Origin: Selaginella moellendorffii
Lineage: Eukaryota; Plantae; Lycopodiophyta
Length of the DNA stretch: 64,000 bases
NCBI RefSeq assembly: GCF_000143415.4
Contig: NW_003314458.1
Span: 1 to 64,000, forward strand
Direction of reading: 5' to 3'
Shown here piece by piece: positions 25,306 to 37,376 of this stretch; the stretch's first letter is position 1, and each line of letters starts with the position of its first letter. The position numbers and the translations under genes were made by a program. Under the pieces are notes generated by a model. The model saw only the letters and a program-made list of their open reading frames with translations, was not told the origin of the DNA and searched no databases.

Positions 25306-26770
25306 CTGCCCTCGCGACATCAAACACCACCTCCTAGTGTTCTAGAGTGTTTGGGTGTCCCAATGACGGCTTCCTTGACAATGAGTATTTCCTTTTATGA
25401 CATTGACTTACTATATTGCAACATAAGCAACTTATCCCCCGTAAGGGTATATCCACTTCCCTATGCCATTAAGAAGGCTTGGGTAGCTAACTTCTACCCG
25501 TTTAACCAATTATTTTGCACCTCTTGCTTAGTTGCCTCATAGTTGTCAAGTCCTACAACTCATTGCTGGTGCTTCCACACCTCCATCATTATCTGGGTCA
25601 CCACACTCTAATTGCATGCTCTGCAGCTTAGGCTATGCCATTCCCATTTCTATTGGGATTCCTTTGGCAAGGGGTTCTCATGAACCCACCAACATAGCCT
25701 CAAGGTATCACACCTTGGCACATTTGGTGTCTCCACACCATCAGCTCCATGAGCCTACCTCTATGACACTTCTTATTTGTGTCTAAGTCTTTGCCAAGAC
25801 CAATACCACTCTTTCTCATGCCAACCATCCGTTAGCACTGCACCATAGAGGTCATACACAACTTTGTGTCAAAGTTGTTTTCTTTTTGGGAACACCTTTC
25901 CCACGACTTTAGCATGGCACATTTTGCCATCGATGAAATACCCTCTGTTCTCATCCTTGGATCCTATGATCCCCCCCCCATCCTTTGTGGGGCACCATAC
26001 ACCTCAGTCCAAATGCTCCAACCAATCCCTTAGGACCATTCCTTGACTCCGCTTGAGTCATCTAGCATTTTGGACTTTGCTAATCCAATAACCTGCGAGG
26101 TCTCAGTTTTAGAGGTGCCAACTCACTGGGATACAACTTCTTGTATTCATGTCCTACTCACAAGGACAATCTTTGCAAGTGTTATTCTGACACTTGGTGA
26201 TTTTCTTGGGGCTAACCTTTGCCCCTTAGGACCACTTGTCCATATGATGAGAATAGCAACTCATCTTTAAGTACACCCCCAACTCCTTGGGTTGTTCTAG
26301 CATTTATTGGAGGTAGCCCCGGCTACCATTTCAAGGACTTGTGTCCTCTTCTATATTTGACCTCCCATGGTCATCAATTCTAGTCTCAAAGTTATGAGCA
26401 CCAGCCTCAACTATATGAGGGTAATCTTGTGACTCCTTTATTGTTTTGGAGTCTACATCTTTCTCGTGATCCCAACTATAGTTGTTTACCACAACTACAT
26501 TAGCCCGTTTGCTGCGTCAAACGCTCATCTAGATCACATCCTCAACTCTCTGAGGAAACCTTATACTGTTCCCAAGATCCCAAAGTCATTCCATTATTGG
26601 CCCTTTTCTATCCACCACTTTGTCTACAAGTTCCCACATGAACTGTAATGGAGAGCCATGTCTTCCCGACTTGCTACTCCTCAAGGATAGGACCTTCCGA
26701 TGCCAACACCAGTGGTGATATACTTGAGCACCAATAAAAGTCGGACTAAGGAACCGCTCTGATACCAAAT

Positions 26771-28498
26771 TGTAAGCGACTAATTTTTCCATTCTACTTT
26801 AATCACTTAACCACACCTCCGACCACTTGGAGGAGTCTCAATCACAACCTCCGTAAATCCAATTCAGGACTTGGGACTTGCTAGCCCCAAGAATGGCATC
26901 CATGCCACTCAACATTTGCACTTGGTCCAAGTGCTCCATGTGTCCGATCCCACGACCGACACTCAAAGGTACCACTGACATGGCAGCCTATCACGCTAAG
27001 GCCATGCCCAATCACCTTTGCCACACTGGTAGTCCAATACACTTTGCATCACAGTCTTGGCTCTCCAAGACTAGGTAAACCATCCGTGAATAGTCATCTC
27101 AGATCCACTCCTTAGCATCCTTAGGATGCCCATCGACAAGGGGAATAGCCTTCCCCAATATCCCTCTATCAGTCCCCACTAAGTCCCTTTCTGCCCTTGG
27201 CCGTGTTTGCCAACACTGCCACTGGATCGAGGCCCACAGGCCCGACCACTAAGTCCCACGGTCCTCTGGGACTTCCTCACCACACGACTGCGTCCTTGGT
27301 CACTTCTCCAGAGGACTGCTCCTCTACCTTTCCACAGTCTGGGCCTTTGGGACAACATTTCGGAACACCGTGGCCTCACGCGAGCCACCTGGGTACTCTC
27401 CCCACCTATCGCCTTTAGGTGCTCTAGCCATGGGCTTAGAGCGAGGTTCCGTTGAGCCACGCCTGGTATCCAAGTAGGTAGTGCCACCCACACTTGGACT
27501 GGGAGCATCGGCTAGTCGATCTCCCGGGGGAACTAGAGCCGGCTCTTGAACACTTCACCAAGCTACCCCGCTTGTCGGTCTGTGTTCACTCTAGTCTTGG
27601 ACTTCCCAGTGGGCAGCTCATCACCCAACACTGGGCCCGGCCTTCCTGGGCCAAACTGGCCTTTCCTGGCCAAACTGGCTCCACTACAGTCCTCCCCCTA
27701 CTATACTTTTGGAGCTCACCAAACCCCCCAGGGTCTGGGAGACGAACGCTTTGGGCTTTCACCCTCTCAGGCTCCAGACTCGGACTCGGACTCGGATTCG
27801 GACTCGGACTCAGGCTCGGCCTTGGTCTCGGCCTCGGCCTCGGTCTCAGTCTCGGTCCCGATCTCGGTCTCGGTCTCGGTCTCGGTCCCGGTCCCGGTCT
27901 CGGTCTCGACTTCGGACTCCATCTCGGACTCCATCTCGGACTCCATCTCGGACTCCATCTCGGGTCCATCTCGGGTTCATCTCGGACTCCATCTCGGACT
28001 CCATCTCGGGTCCATCTCGGACTCCATCTCGGACTCCATTTCGGGTCCATCTCGGGTCCACCTCAGACTCCATCTCGGACTCCATCTCGGGTCCATCTCG
28101 GACTCCACTTCAGACTCCAACTCGGGTCCATCTCGGACTCCATCTCGGACTCCACTTCGGACTCCACTTCGGACTCCAACTCGGGTCCATCTCGGACTCC
28201 AGTTCGGACTCCAACTCGGGTCCATCTCGGACTCCACTTCGGACTCCAACTCGAGTCTATCTCGGACACTCCCACGTGTCATGTGTTGGTCCTTTTGGGT
28301 CCCTTTTTGAAGCCTCGCCTTTTGCTCGCTTCATGCTCGTTCCTCGAGCACTTCGTTGGGAGTTCCACTCCCGCTCTTGACTTTTCAAGTCGGAGCTTTT
28401 GGTCCAAACGTGATATGCTCGTTTGGCTCTCGCTTCGGCCACTACCATGTGGCGCCCTTCCGGCTCCACTTTGGGGCCTAGGGATTTTGTGTCTCACA
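26771..28498 (-). repeat. LTR d (chimeric; product of tandem duplication)
   Basis: Left part matches LTR e and right part matches LTR b/c. It is again followed by CTGCC and a repeat of 25306-26770. Confidence 0.85.
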
Positions 28499-29960
28499 CT
28501 GCCCTCGCGACATCAAACACCACCTCCTAGTGTTCTAGAGTGTTTGGGTGTCCCAATGACGGCTTCCTTGACAATGAGTATTTCCTTTTATGACATTGAC
28601 TTACTATATTGCAACATAAGCAACTTATCCCCCGTAAGGGTATATCCACTTCCCTATGCCATTAAGAAGGCTTGGGTAGCTAACTTCTACCCGTTTAACC
28701 AATTATTTTGCACCTCTTGCTTAGTTGCCTCATAGTTGTCAAGTCCTACAACTCATTGCTGGTGCTTCCACACCTCCATCATTATCTGGGTCACCACACT
28801 CTAATTGCATGCTCTGCAGCTTAGGCTATGCCATTCCCATTTCTATTGGGATTCCTTTGGCAAGGGGTTCTCATGAACCCACCAACATAGCCTCAAGGTA
28901 TCACACCTTGGCACATTTGGTGTCTCCACACCATCAGCTCCATGAGCCTACCTCTATGACACTTCTTATTTGTGTCTAAGTCTTTGCCAAGACCAATACC
29001 ACTCTTTCTCATGCCAACCATCCGTTAGCACTGCACCATAGAGGTCACACACAACTTTGTGTCAAAGTTGTTTTCTTTTTGGGAACACCTTTCCCACGAC
29101 TTTAGCATGGCACATTTTGCCATCGATGAAATACCCTCTGTTCTCATCCTTGGATCCTATGATCCCCCCCCCATCCTTTGTGGGGCACCATACACCTCAG
29201 TCCAAATGCTCCAACCAATCCCTTAGGACCATTCCCTGACTCCGCTTGAGTCATCTAGCATTTTGGACTTTGCTAATCCAACAACCTGCGAGGTCTCAGT
29301 TTTAGAGGTGCCAACTCACTGGGATACAACTTCTTGTATTCATGTCCTACTCACAAGGACAATCTTTGCAAGTGTTATTCTGACACTTGGTGATTTTCTT
29401 GGGGCTAACCTTTGCCCCTTAGGACCACTTGTCCATATGATGAGAATAGCAACTCATCTTTAAGTACACCCCCAACTCCTTGGGTTGTTCTAGCATTTAT
29501 TGGAGGTAGCCCCGGCTACCATTTCAAGGACTTGTGTCCTCTTCTATATTTGACCTCCCATGGTCATCAATTCTGGTCTCAAAGTTATGAGCACCAGCCT
29601 CAACTATATGAGGGTAATCTTGTGACTCCTTTATTGTTTTGGAGTCTACATCTTTCTCGTGATCCCAACTATAGTTGTTTACCACAACTACATTAGCCCG
29701 TTTGCTGCGTCAAACGCTCATCTGGATCACATCCTCAGCTCTCTGAGGAAACCTTATACTGTTCCCAAGATCCCAAAGTCGTTCCATTATTGGCCCTTTT
29801 CTATCCACCACTTTGTCTACAAGTTCCCACATGAACTGTAATGGAGAGCCATGTCTTCCCGACTTGCTACTCCTCAAGGATAGGCCCACTCCTCGGACCT
29901 TCCGATGCCAACACCAGTGGTGATATACTTGAGCACCAATAAAAGTCGGACTAAGGAACC

Positions 29961-29972
29961 GCTCTGATACCA
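29961..29972 (-). promoter_or_regulatory. Primer binding site for initiator tRNA-Met (second copy at ~26756-26767)
   Basis: GCTCTGATACCA is the reverse complement of TGGTATCAGAGC, 3 bp from the LTR edge. Confidence 0.9.
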
Positions 29973-29975
29973 AAT

Positions 29976-31663
29976 TGTAAGCGACTAATTTTTCCATTCT
30001 ACTTTAATCACTTAACCACACCTCCGACCACTTGGAGGAGTCTCAATCACAACCTCCATAAGTCCAATTCAGGACTTGGGACTTGCTAGCCCCAAGAATG
30101 GCATCCATGCCACTCAACATTTGCACTTGGTCCAAGTGCTCCATGTGTCCGATCCCACGACCGACACTCAAAGGTACCACTGACATGGCAGCCTATCACG
30201 CTAAGGCCATGCCCAATCACCTTTGCCACACTGGTAGTCCAATACACTTTGCATCACAGTCTTGGCTCTCCAAGACTAGGTAAACCATCCGTGAATGGTC
30301 ATCTCAGATCCACTCCTTAGCATCCTTAGGATGCCCATTGACAAGGGGAATAGCCTTCCCCAATATCCCTCTGTCAGTCCCCACTAAGTCCCTTTCTGCC
30401 CCTAGCCGTGTTTGCCGACACTGCCACTGGATCGAGGCCCACAAGCCCGACCACTAAGTCCCACGGTCCTCTGGGACTTCCTCACCACACGACTGTGTCC
30501 TTGGTCACTACCCCAAAGGACTGCTCCTCTTCCTTTCCACAGTCTGGGCCTTTGGGACAACATTTCGAAACACCGTGGCCTTACGCGAGCCACCTAGGTA
30601 CTCTCCCCGCCTTCCGCCTTTAGGTGCTCTAGCCATGGGCTTAGAGCGAGGTTCCGTTGAGCCACGACAGGTATCCAAGTAGGTAGTGCCACCCACACTT
30701 GGACTGGGAGCATCGGCCAGTCGATCTCCCGGGGGAACTAGAGCCGGCTCTTGAACACTTCACCAAGCTACCCCGCTTGTCGGTCCGTGTTCACTTTAGT
30801 CTTGGACTTCCCAGTGGGCAGCTCATCACCCAACACTGGGTCTGGCCTTCCTGGGCCAAACTGGCCTTTCCTGGCCAAACTGGCTCCACTGCAGTCCTCC
30901 CCCTACTATACTTTTGGAGCTCACCAAACCCCCCAGGGTCTGGGAGACGAACGCTTTGGGCTTTCACCCTCTCAGACTCGAACTCGGACTCGGACTCGGA
31001 CTTGGACTCGGACTCGAACTCGGACTCGGACTCGGTCTCGACTTCGGACTCCATCTCGGGTCCATCTCGGACTCCATCTCGGACTCCATCTCGGGTCCAT
31101 CTCGGACTCCATCTCGGGTCCATCTCGGGTCCATCTTGGACTCCATCTCGAACTCCATCTCGGGTCCATCTCGGACTCCATCTCGGACTCCATCTCGGGT
31201 CCATCTCGGACTCCATCTCGGACTCCATCTCGGGTCCATCTTGGGTCCATCTCGGACTCCATCTCGGGTCCATTTCGGGTCCATCTCGGACTCCATCTCG
31301 GGTCCGTCTCGGACTCAATCTCGGATCCATCTCGGGTCCACCTCGGACTCCACCTCGAACTCCATCTCGGGGTCCTTCTCAGACTCCACTTCGGACTCCA
31401 CTTCGGACTCCAACTCAGGTCCATCTCGAACACTTCCATGTGTCATGTGTTAGTTCTTTTCGGGTCCCTTTTTGGAGCCTCGCTTATGGCTCGCTTCATG
31501 CTCATTCCTCAAGCACTTTGTTAGGGGTTCCACTCCTGCTCTCGACCTTTCAAGGTGGAGCTTTTAGTCCAAACGTGTTACGCTCGTTTGGCTTTCACTT
31601 TGGCCACTACCACGTGGCGCCCTTCCGGCTCCACTTTGGGGCCTAGGGATTTTGTGTCTCACA
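29976..31663 (-). repeat. LTR e (5' LTR of the outer element)
   Basis: TGTAAG...TCTCACA, adjacent to the PBS, followed by TSD CCCGA. Confidence 0.9.
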
Positions 31664-31989
31664 CCCGAAGCAAGTGTTGCACCCAAGGCTTGGGATTTAG
31701 AGGGTCCCATGATCAAGTCTAGTTGTACCAAGGGATGTTAAGAACCTGGAGGCTTAGTGTGCTTGGCTGCTTGTGCCTGTGGGGAGCGTAGTTGAACCTT
31801 AAGCCCAGTCTAACCTGGGGAGGGGGATTGGTAGAGATTTGGGAATCCATGGATGGATGGCTAATGCTCCATTGCTCGTGCAGTGAGTAGCTAAAACCAA
31901 GTAAGACCAAGTAGGAGTTGGTACAATAGATGGGAACCTTGGCGAGGGAACTTAACAAAAGCCAAGGCAGTGTTGGTCAGATAGACAAG

Positions 31990-33066
31990 GTAAGCTAGCA
32001 AATTGGAAAGGAAAAATTTGAGGCTTACAACTGGGTCTATGATATGGAAAATTATTTCATAGCGGCAGACGTAGATGATCGTACAAAAGTTGCATGCTTG
32101 CAATCCTTTCTCACCAATCATGCCAAAACCTTGTGGCGCCAGATGTGTGCTAAAAAAGGGCAGACTAGAAGTTAGACCAAGATGCGGTCTCGTATCCGTA
32201 AGGAATACTTGCCGGATGATATTGGTCTAAGAATTCGCGTGGAATTGCGGCGGTTAAAGCAACGAGGGGATCTCATGCATTACATTAATGCATTTGCTTA
32301 AAAGCACATTATGATTGCAAATATAAGTGACGAAGATGCTCGGAGTTATTTCCTAGAGGGTTTAATTTCACTTTCTCGTAATGAGATTTTGAAGTTTAAG
32401 CTGAAAACGTACCTGGAGTGTAAGGAGGCAATGCAGCAAGTTGCCTTTAGTCACTCACTCATTGAACAATATCAGCAGCCGTATGTTGGTACCTCGGACA
32501 AGAATAAAAATTTTGGGAATAAACAAGGTGATCGGAAACAGAAGGTGGAAGGCAGGTTCCGCTTTGAGGGCTCATAACCAACAATTAACAAAGGTGGTGG
32601 TGGTTGGAGACCACCAGTAGCTTCTTCTGGTCCTAGGCCCTCTGTTCCTCCTCCTGGTGTGGGTACAAGCAGCAGCAACCTACAAAACCTACTCCTAGCG
32701 GAACGGGTAGTGTGGGTCATTGCTCCCATTGTGGAGAGTCAGGACATAGGTCTTCGGAATGTCCCAACAAGCATAAGACAAGGTCTTGTGTTAATGTCAT
32801 GAGGGAAGATAGTGGTGGTGAAGCCGAAGGGGTTGACGAGTTGGTCAATGCAGACTATGAGGAAGAAGAGTTGAGTAACTTTCGTTGCTTTCCTCAAACT
32901 TTTCTTGCAATCAATGCAAACACTGATCCGTTGATATATTTCATAGGCTTTGTCCGTGGACACCGAATCCGAGTAATGATTGACACAGGAGCTACGCACA
33001 GCGTGATATCCAAAGACTTAGTTAAGTTGTTAGGATTGAATGCTAAGCAAATGTCAATCTATAAAA
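31990..33066 (+). pseudogene. gag: Ty3/Gypsy gag-protease remnant
   Basis: NWVYDMENYF...FLTNHAKTLWR, YFLEGL, CSHCGESGHRSSECP (CCHC knuckle), VMIDTGATHSVIS (aspartic protease). Has stops and frameshifts and is cut by another repeat at ~33066. Confidence 0.85.
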
Positions 33067-36000
33067 TGTAGAGATTGTCTTGAACACAATGGTATTCATC
33101 CCGTGTCTATATTCACAATGTAGTTTCATTCCATATTTAATAAGTTTCAAGTAAGTCTCAAGGACTAACTTTAGGTACTAAAGGTGGCTAAGGGTGAAAG
33201 CCCAAAGCTTGCATTCTCAGGGGGGGGGCGGGGGGGGGGGGCGTTTGTCCAAATGTATTCTAGGGATAGTGGATAGATTGGGTATGGTCTACCTCTTGCT
33301 TACGTGCTTGTCTTTGTTTTATGTTTGGCTTGAGTCTATGTCTAAGTTCCATACCATGGTAGCTAGAGGAGTATCCATATCTTTATATTAGGCTGCCAGT
33401 ATGCTGAAATAGCACCAGACTCCATTTAGCTTTATTTTGCATGTTAGTCTTAGCATTGGGATGCTTGATGCTCTAGGACTATTCTAAGTCGCTCTTTGCT
33501 CTTGTCCCTTCGCTCTTTGGGCTGAACGCTCAGAAGTCACTCTTGCTTCAGTTCATTCACTCCTTAGTTGTAAGCTTGGGAGTTTAGCTCTGTTCCTTCG
33601 TTCAGTGGCCCAAAGCTCTGAAACTTGGGTTCCACTCCATTGTCCTTGAGGACACATGGCATATAACATGTGGCATATAGAGGGTTTATGTTCCACTTCA
33701 TGGTCATCCTATGATAAATCATTATAAGATAAAGGTGAAAACCACATGCATTACATTTGATATTAGAGAATGAGTCTCAGTGAGTACTATCCAATAAGAT
33801 TGGGCAACTAGTCTCATTGCATATGCAAAGATAAAAATGATGATTTAAGTGGGTATACGTTTAGGTGCTAAGACTTCACAATCGTTCTTTAGCTCTAGAC
33901 TTTGGTTACCTTTTTGTACCATATTGTATGAGCTTGCGCTTGGGCTCATAAGATGAATTGAGATGGTCCATTTGCACAAGTTTGCACTGAGGGCTCGTGA
34001 GTGAGGCATATTAGCAATTCAAGGTTACATTTTGAGTTGGCAAGATTAATAATGGCCTATTGGTGGTTCTATAAGTTATTCCATGTACCATGGTTAAAAG
34101 TAAACCTTCTCTAGGTTTGCTATAAATGGCAAATGGGTTAGTCCGCAATTGTTTAGCACAGCACTAGTGGATCCTTCATAGGCATGATTATAAATGGATC
34201 AATCAAGACTGTAGGGACTAGTCTATTATTTCAAGTAGTCATTGCTATGCTCTCTTATACTTTTCTTAGACTGGACTAAAGGCAGTGTTAATGCAAGCTT
34301 GAGGTTTGGTCAAAGTTGAGACCGAAAAGAGAGTTATTGGGAATAAAGGATCAAACACATAAATCATTTTCTCTTCTTGGAGAGATGATTTGCAATGAGG
34401 TGTGATCTTATTGCTCGTGTTCACATCATGCAATCAAAAGTCCCAACCTTGATGTATGTTAATTATGATGGTCTTACAAGTGGTGAATCATGGGATGGAT
34501 AGTAGTGAAGTGTTAAACCATTTTGTCTAGGCTTGCTATTGAAGACTTGAATTACAATCCTTAATTATTTTTTGGGGAACCTTGCTATTACTCCTTGAAT
34601 AGTTTGGTGTTGGATTAATTTTGAGTTTGGTTAAAAAGAAAGTGGTATGAGTTTGTCTATATTGTGAACAAAAGTTGGTGGTGTTTAGTGTTTAAATCTT
34701 TATTGGTGGGGTGTGGCATTTATGTTGTATTGTGTCAAATTGAGTTGGCACTTGATACTCACATAATGATATGGGCGTTGGTCATGGTGTTGCTTGATTA
34801 ATGATCAGATTATTGTGATTTTTATATCATATCCATATGATAGTGAGTAATGTGGTTACAAAGTTGCTTGGTCAAATGATGTTCAACCCCAAAGGTGGCT
34901 GATAGTGAAGCTACTCTATTTGCAATAAATAACATTGAAGTAGCTTTGACTAAGTTCTCAATGGTGATCTATGATATGCTAAACTAGTACCTTATTTCCT
35001 TGAGTTTGCCTATTAAGGTGTTAGAAAAAGTTATAGCATTCATTTGTTATAGTTTATTAATTGATCCATTAGCACTAGGAGTAGATTGTTAAATGGAAAA
35101 GGTATGAAGTTGAGGTATTGACTTTGCTAATACTTGTGTTAGTGGAAGTGACATTGTTGTTTTGAGTGATGAAGAGTTTTTCCTTGGAACTTGACTTTTC
35201 ATGTCATTTTTTTAATTAGTGTTTTGGCTTTATATTGGATCTTGAAGGTGATTGAAGAAAACTGTAGTGCAATGTGGATATCCGAAGATATGGTCTTTAT
35301 GATCGAGTTTTGGATATTCATTTGCATTTTGCAAATATCGGTGTTAAATGTCAAAAATATAGGCAATTCTTAGTTATACTGTTAGGTCATGAGAATTAGT
35401 GTTGAGCTGTACCTATGTGAAGTTGTTAGTAGGACGAAGTTGGTTGAATCTTAAAAGTTTGCATTCCTAGACTAAGAGTCATTTTTTCTCTAAGATGGAA
35501 AATTTTCCACAAATTTTCTTAAGCTTTTCCAATTGCTGATTTATTGATCACTTTACCTAAAAACTATTTAGTTTTCATAAACCAATACAAATTAGTTATA
35601 GTTTGTATGATACAGTCCGAAAGGGATGCTGATTTTTGGGGCTAAGGCAATTAAATTGGATGGAATCTAGAATTGGTGTAAAAAAGTGGTTGTTGTGCTT
35701 TTCTAAAATTGTGACTCTTGTGCCTTTATTTTATAATGTTATACTAGGTGGCAAGTTGCATCTTACATCTTGTTAGACTCTATGAGAATAGATAACTTTT
35801 ATTGATCTTGACTTATTCTTAGTAACCTTGCATCTTGGCTGAGGATAGTGATGTCTAGCTTAGTTGTTTGCAGTTGAGGTGTTAGTACCCGTATTATAGA
35901 TTTGTCTATAAGGAAGTTGTGTACCAATATGAATCCATCTCATGGTCTTCACTTTAGTTAAGACTGAGTGTTGATTATGCATAGCTAGCCTCTTCAAGGC

Positions 36001-37376
36001 ATTCTCAGAGCTAATGGCTATACACATTAGTGAGCTTATTGTAGTTAAGTTGGATTCGAGTGGTCATTTTGTTCGTGTTTGTCCATAAACCTTTATCTTG
36101 TTCTGGGATATTACATTCATATTGAATAAGTATATGACTCGATGACGTGAGTTTAGTGTTTTAGTTTTATAAAAGCAAGTTGAAGAGTAATGGTTGGTTG
36201 CTTTGTAACTAGTGATTGTTAGTAGACTTCATTGAGGACAACTGACACTTACTTCATTGATAATAATTTAGCAATGATATACTTACTTTACCGGATGGTG
36301 TTGCGAAGGATCAATTCATAGACTTACATGGATTTTCTATGTAAGCATATCAATTCCATTTTATCAATGTCATTTGGTTGTATTTAGTATGTGGTGTTGG
36401 ATTTCATTGAATCTTGGATGTGGTGATTCATTCCTTAATAAGGTGTTATCTGTAACTGAGTATTGTTGAAGGATTAGTCTTGGATATTAATTAAAATATC
36501 TTTAACTTTGGTTAGTTTAGTTGCTAAAGAGCTTTCAGTGGTGATTCGCTCTTGCTTTCTATTGGCTTTGTTATAATTGTAAGTTCATAAGTTTAGACTT
36601 CTTGGGAGGTCACCAAACCCAGTATTATTCAAACCCAATGACACTATTGTCATTGAAGTGATTAATGGCATTGAATTTAATGGCATGTCTTGTCATTGAC
36701 ATTATTGATGTTAAGAATCGAGTGAAATGAGATTTCTTTCCATAAGATTGATATTGAATTTTATTAGTCTTGATATAGATAATATCTATAATTTGGCTGT
36801 AACTTATATTATTGGCATTCGTGCATTTACTAGTTAACAACTATATTGACATTCAAATGAGCTGAGTAACAAGTTGAGTTAATCATGTTGTAGACGAGAT
36901 TATTTAGTAGGGGTTGAGCTTGGATTTTCTTTGAAATGTGATTTAGTCATAGACTATGCTAGCTTTATGAGAGGAAGAGTTAGTGATTGATATTGAAATT
37001 GATGGTTCCTTATTAGATTTGAGTTGAGGATATATTGATTATTGATGATTGCTTCTATATTTGTTATGAAGTGAGTTATATCTTGTTTTAGAAAGATGGA
37101 TTTATGGAGGATCAATTTGATGGTCACTTGTTAAGTATAGCTTTATTATGCTTAGCTTTTGGATTGATGCAGAAATGCTCTCTATTAGCTTTGGCATTAT
37201 GAAATTTAACTTCTGCATGTGTTGAGGAGGATGTTGTGGGTTGTACTATGATTTCTTCTATAGCATTAAAGTTGGTTTATGTGAGATTTGTGATCATTAT
37301 TAGGTAAAACTTGGCTAAAGGCTTTTTTGAGTTTTGGCTAACTTGAAACTTACTCAATATGAAATGGCTCTAGATT
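33066..37376 (+). mobile_element. Old degenerate LTR element (partial LTR to 33755, decayed PBS, non-coding internal region)
   Basis: LTR end CCACATGCATTACA followed by TTTGATATTAGAG (decayed TGGTATCAGAG). The internal region is a diverged reverse complement of ~40900-44620. Confidence 0.6.

Larger units (their letters stand above)
14480..31663 (-). mobile_element. Nested non-autonomous LTR retrotransposon complex (outer element)
   Basis: TG...CA ends flanked by a 5-bp TSD CCCGA (14475-14479 and 31664-31668). PBS TGGTATCAGAGC on the minus strand, PPT at 16282-16298, and no recognisable gag/pol ORF. Confidence 0.9.

Noticed and set aside
15203-31646. Many long ORFs rich in RS, SD, GL and ESEM repeats (e.g. 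15203-16264, 19595-20662, 27494-28735)
   Set aside because: They are by-products of stop-free tandem repeats inside the LTRs, open in several frames on both strands, and are not SR proteins.
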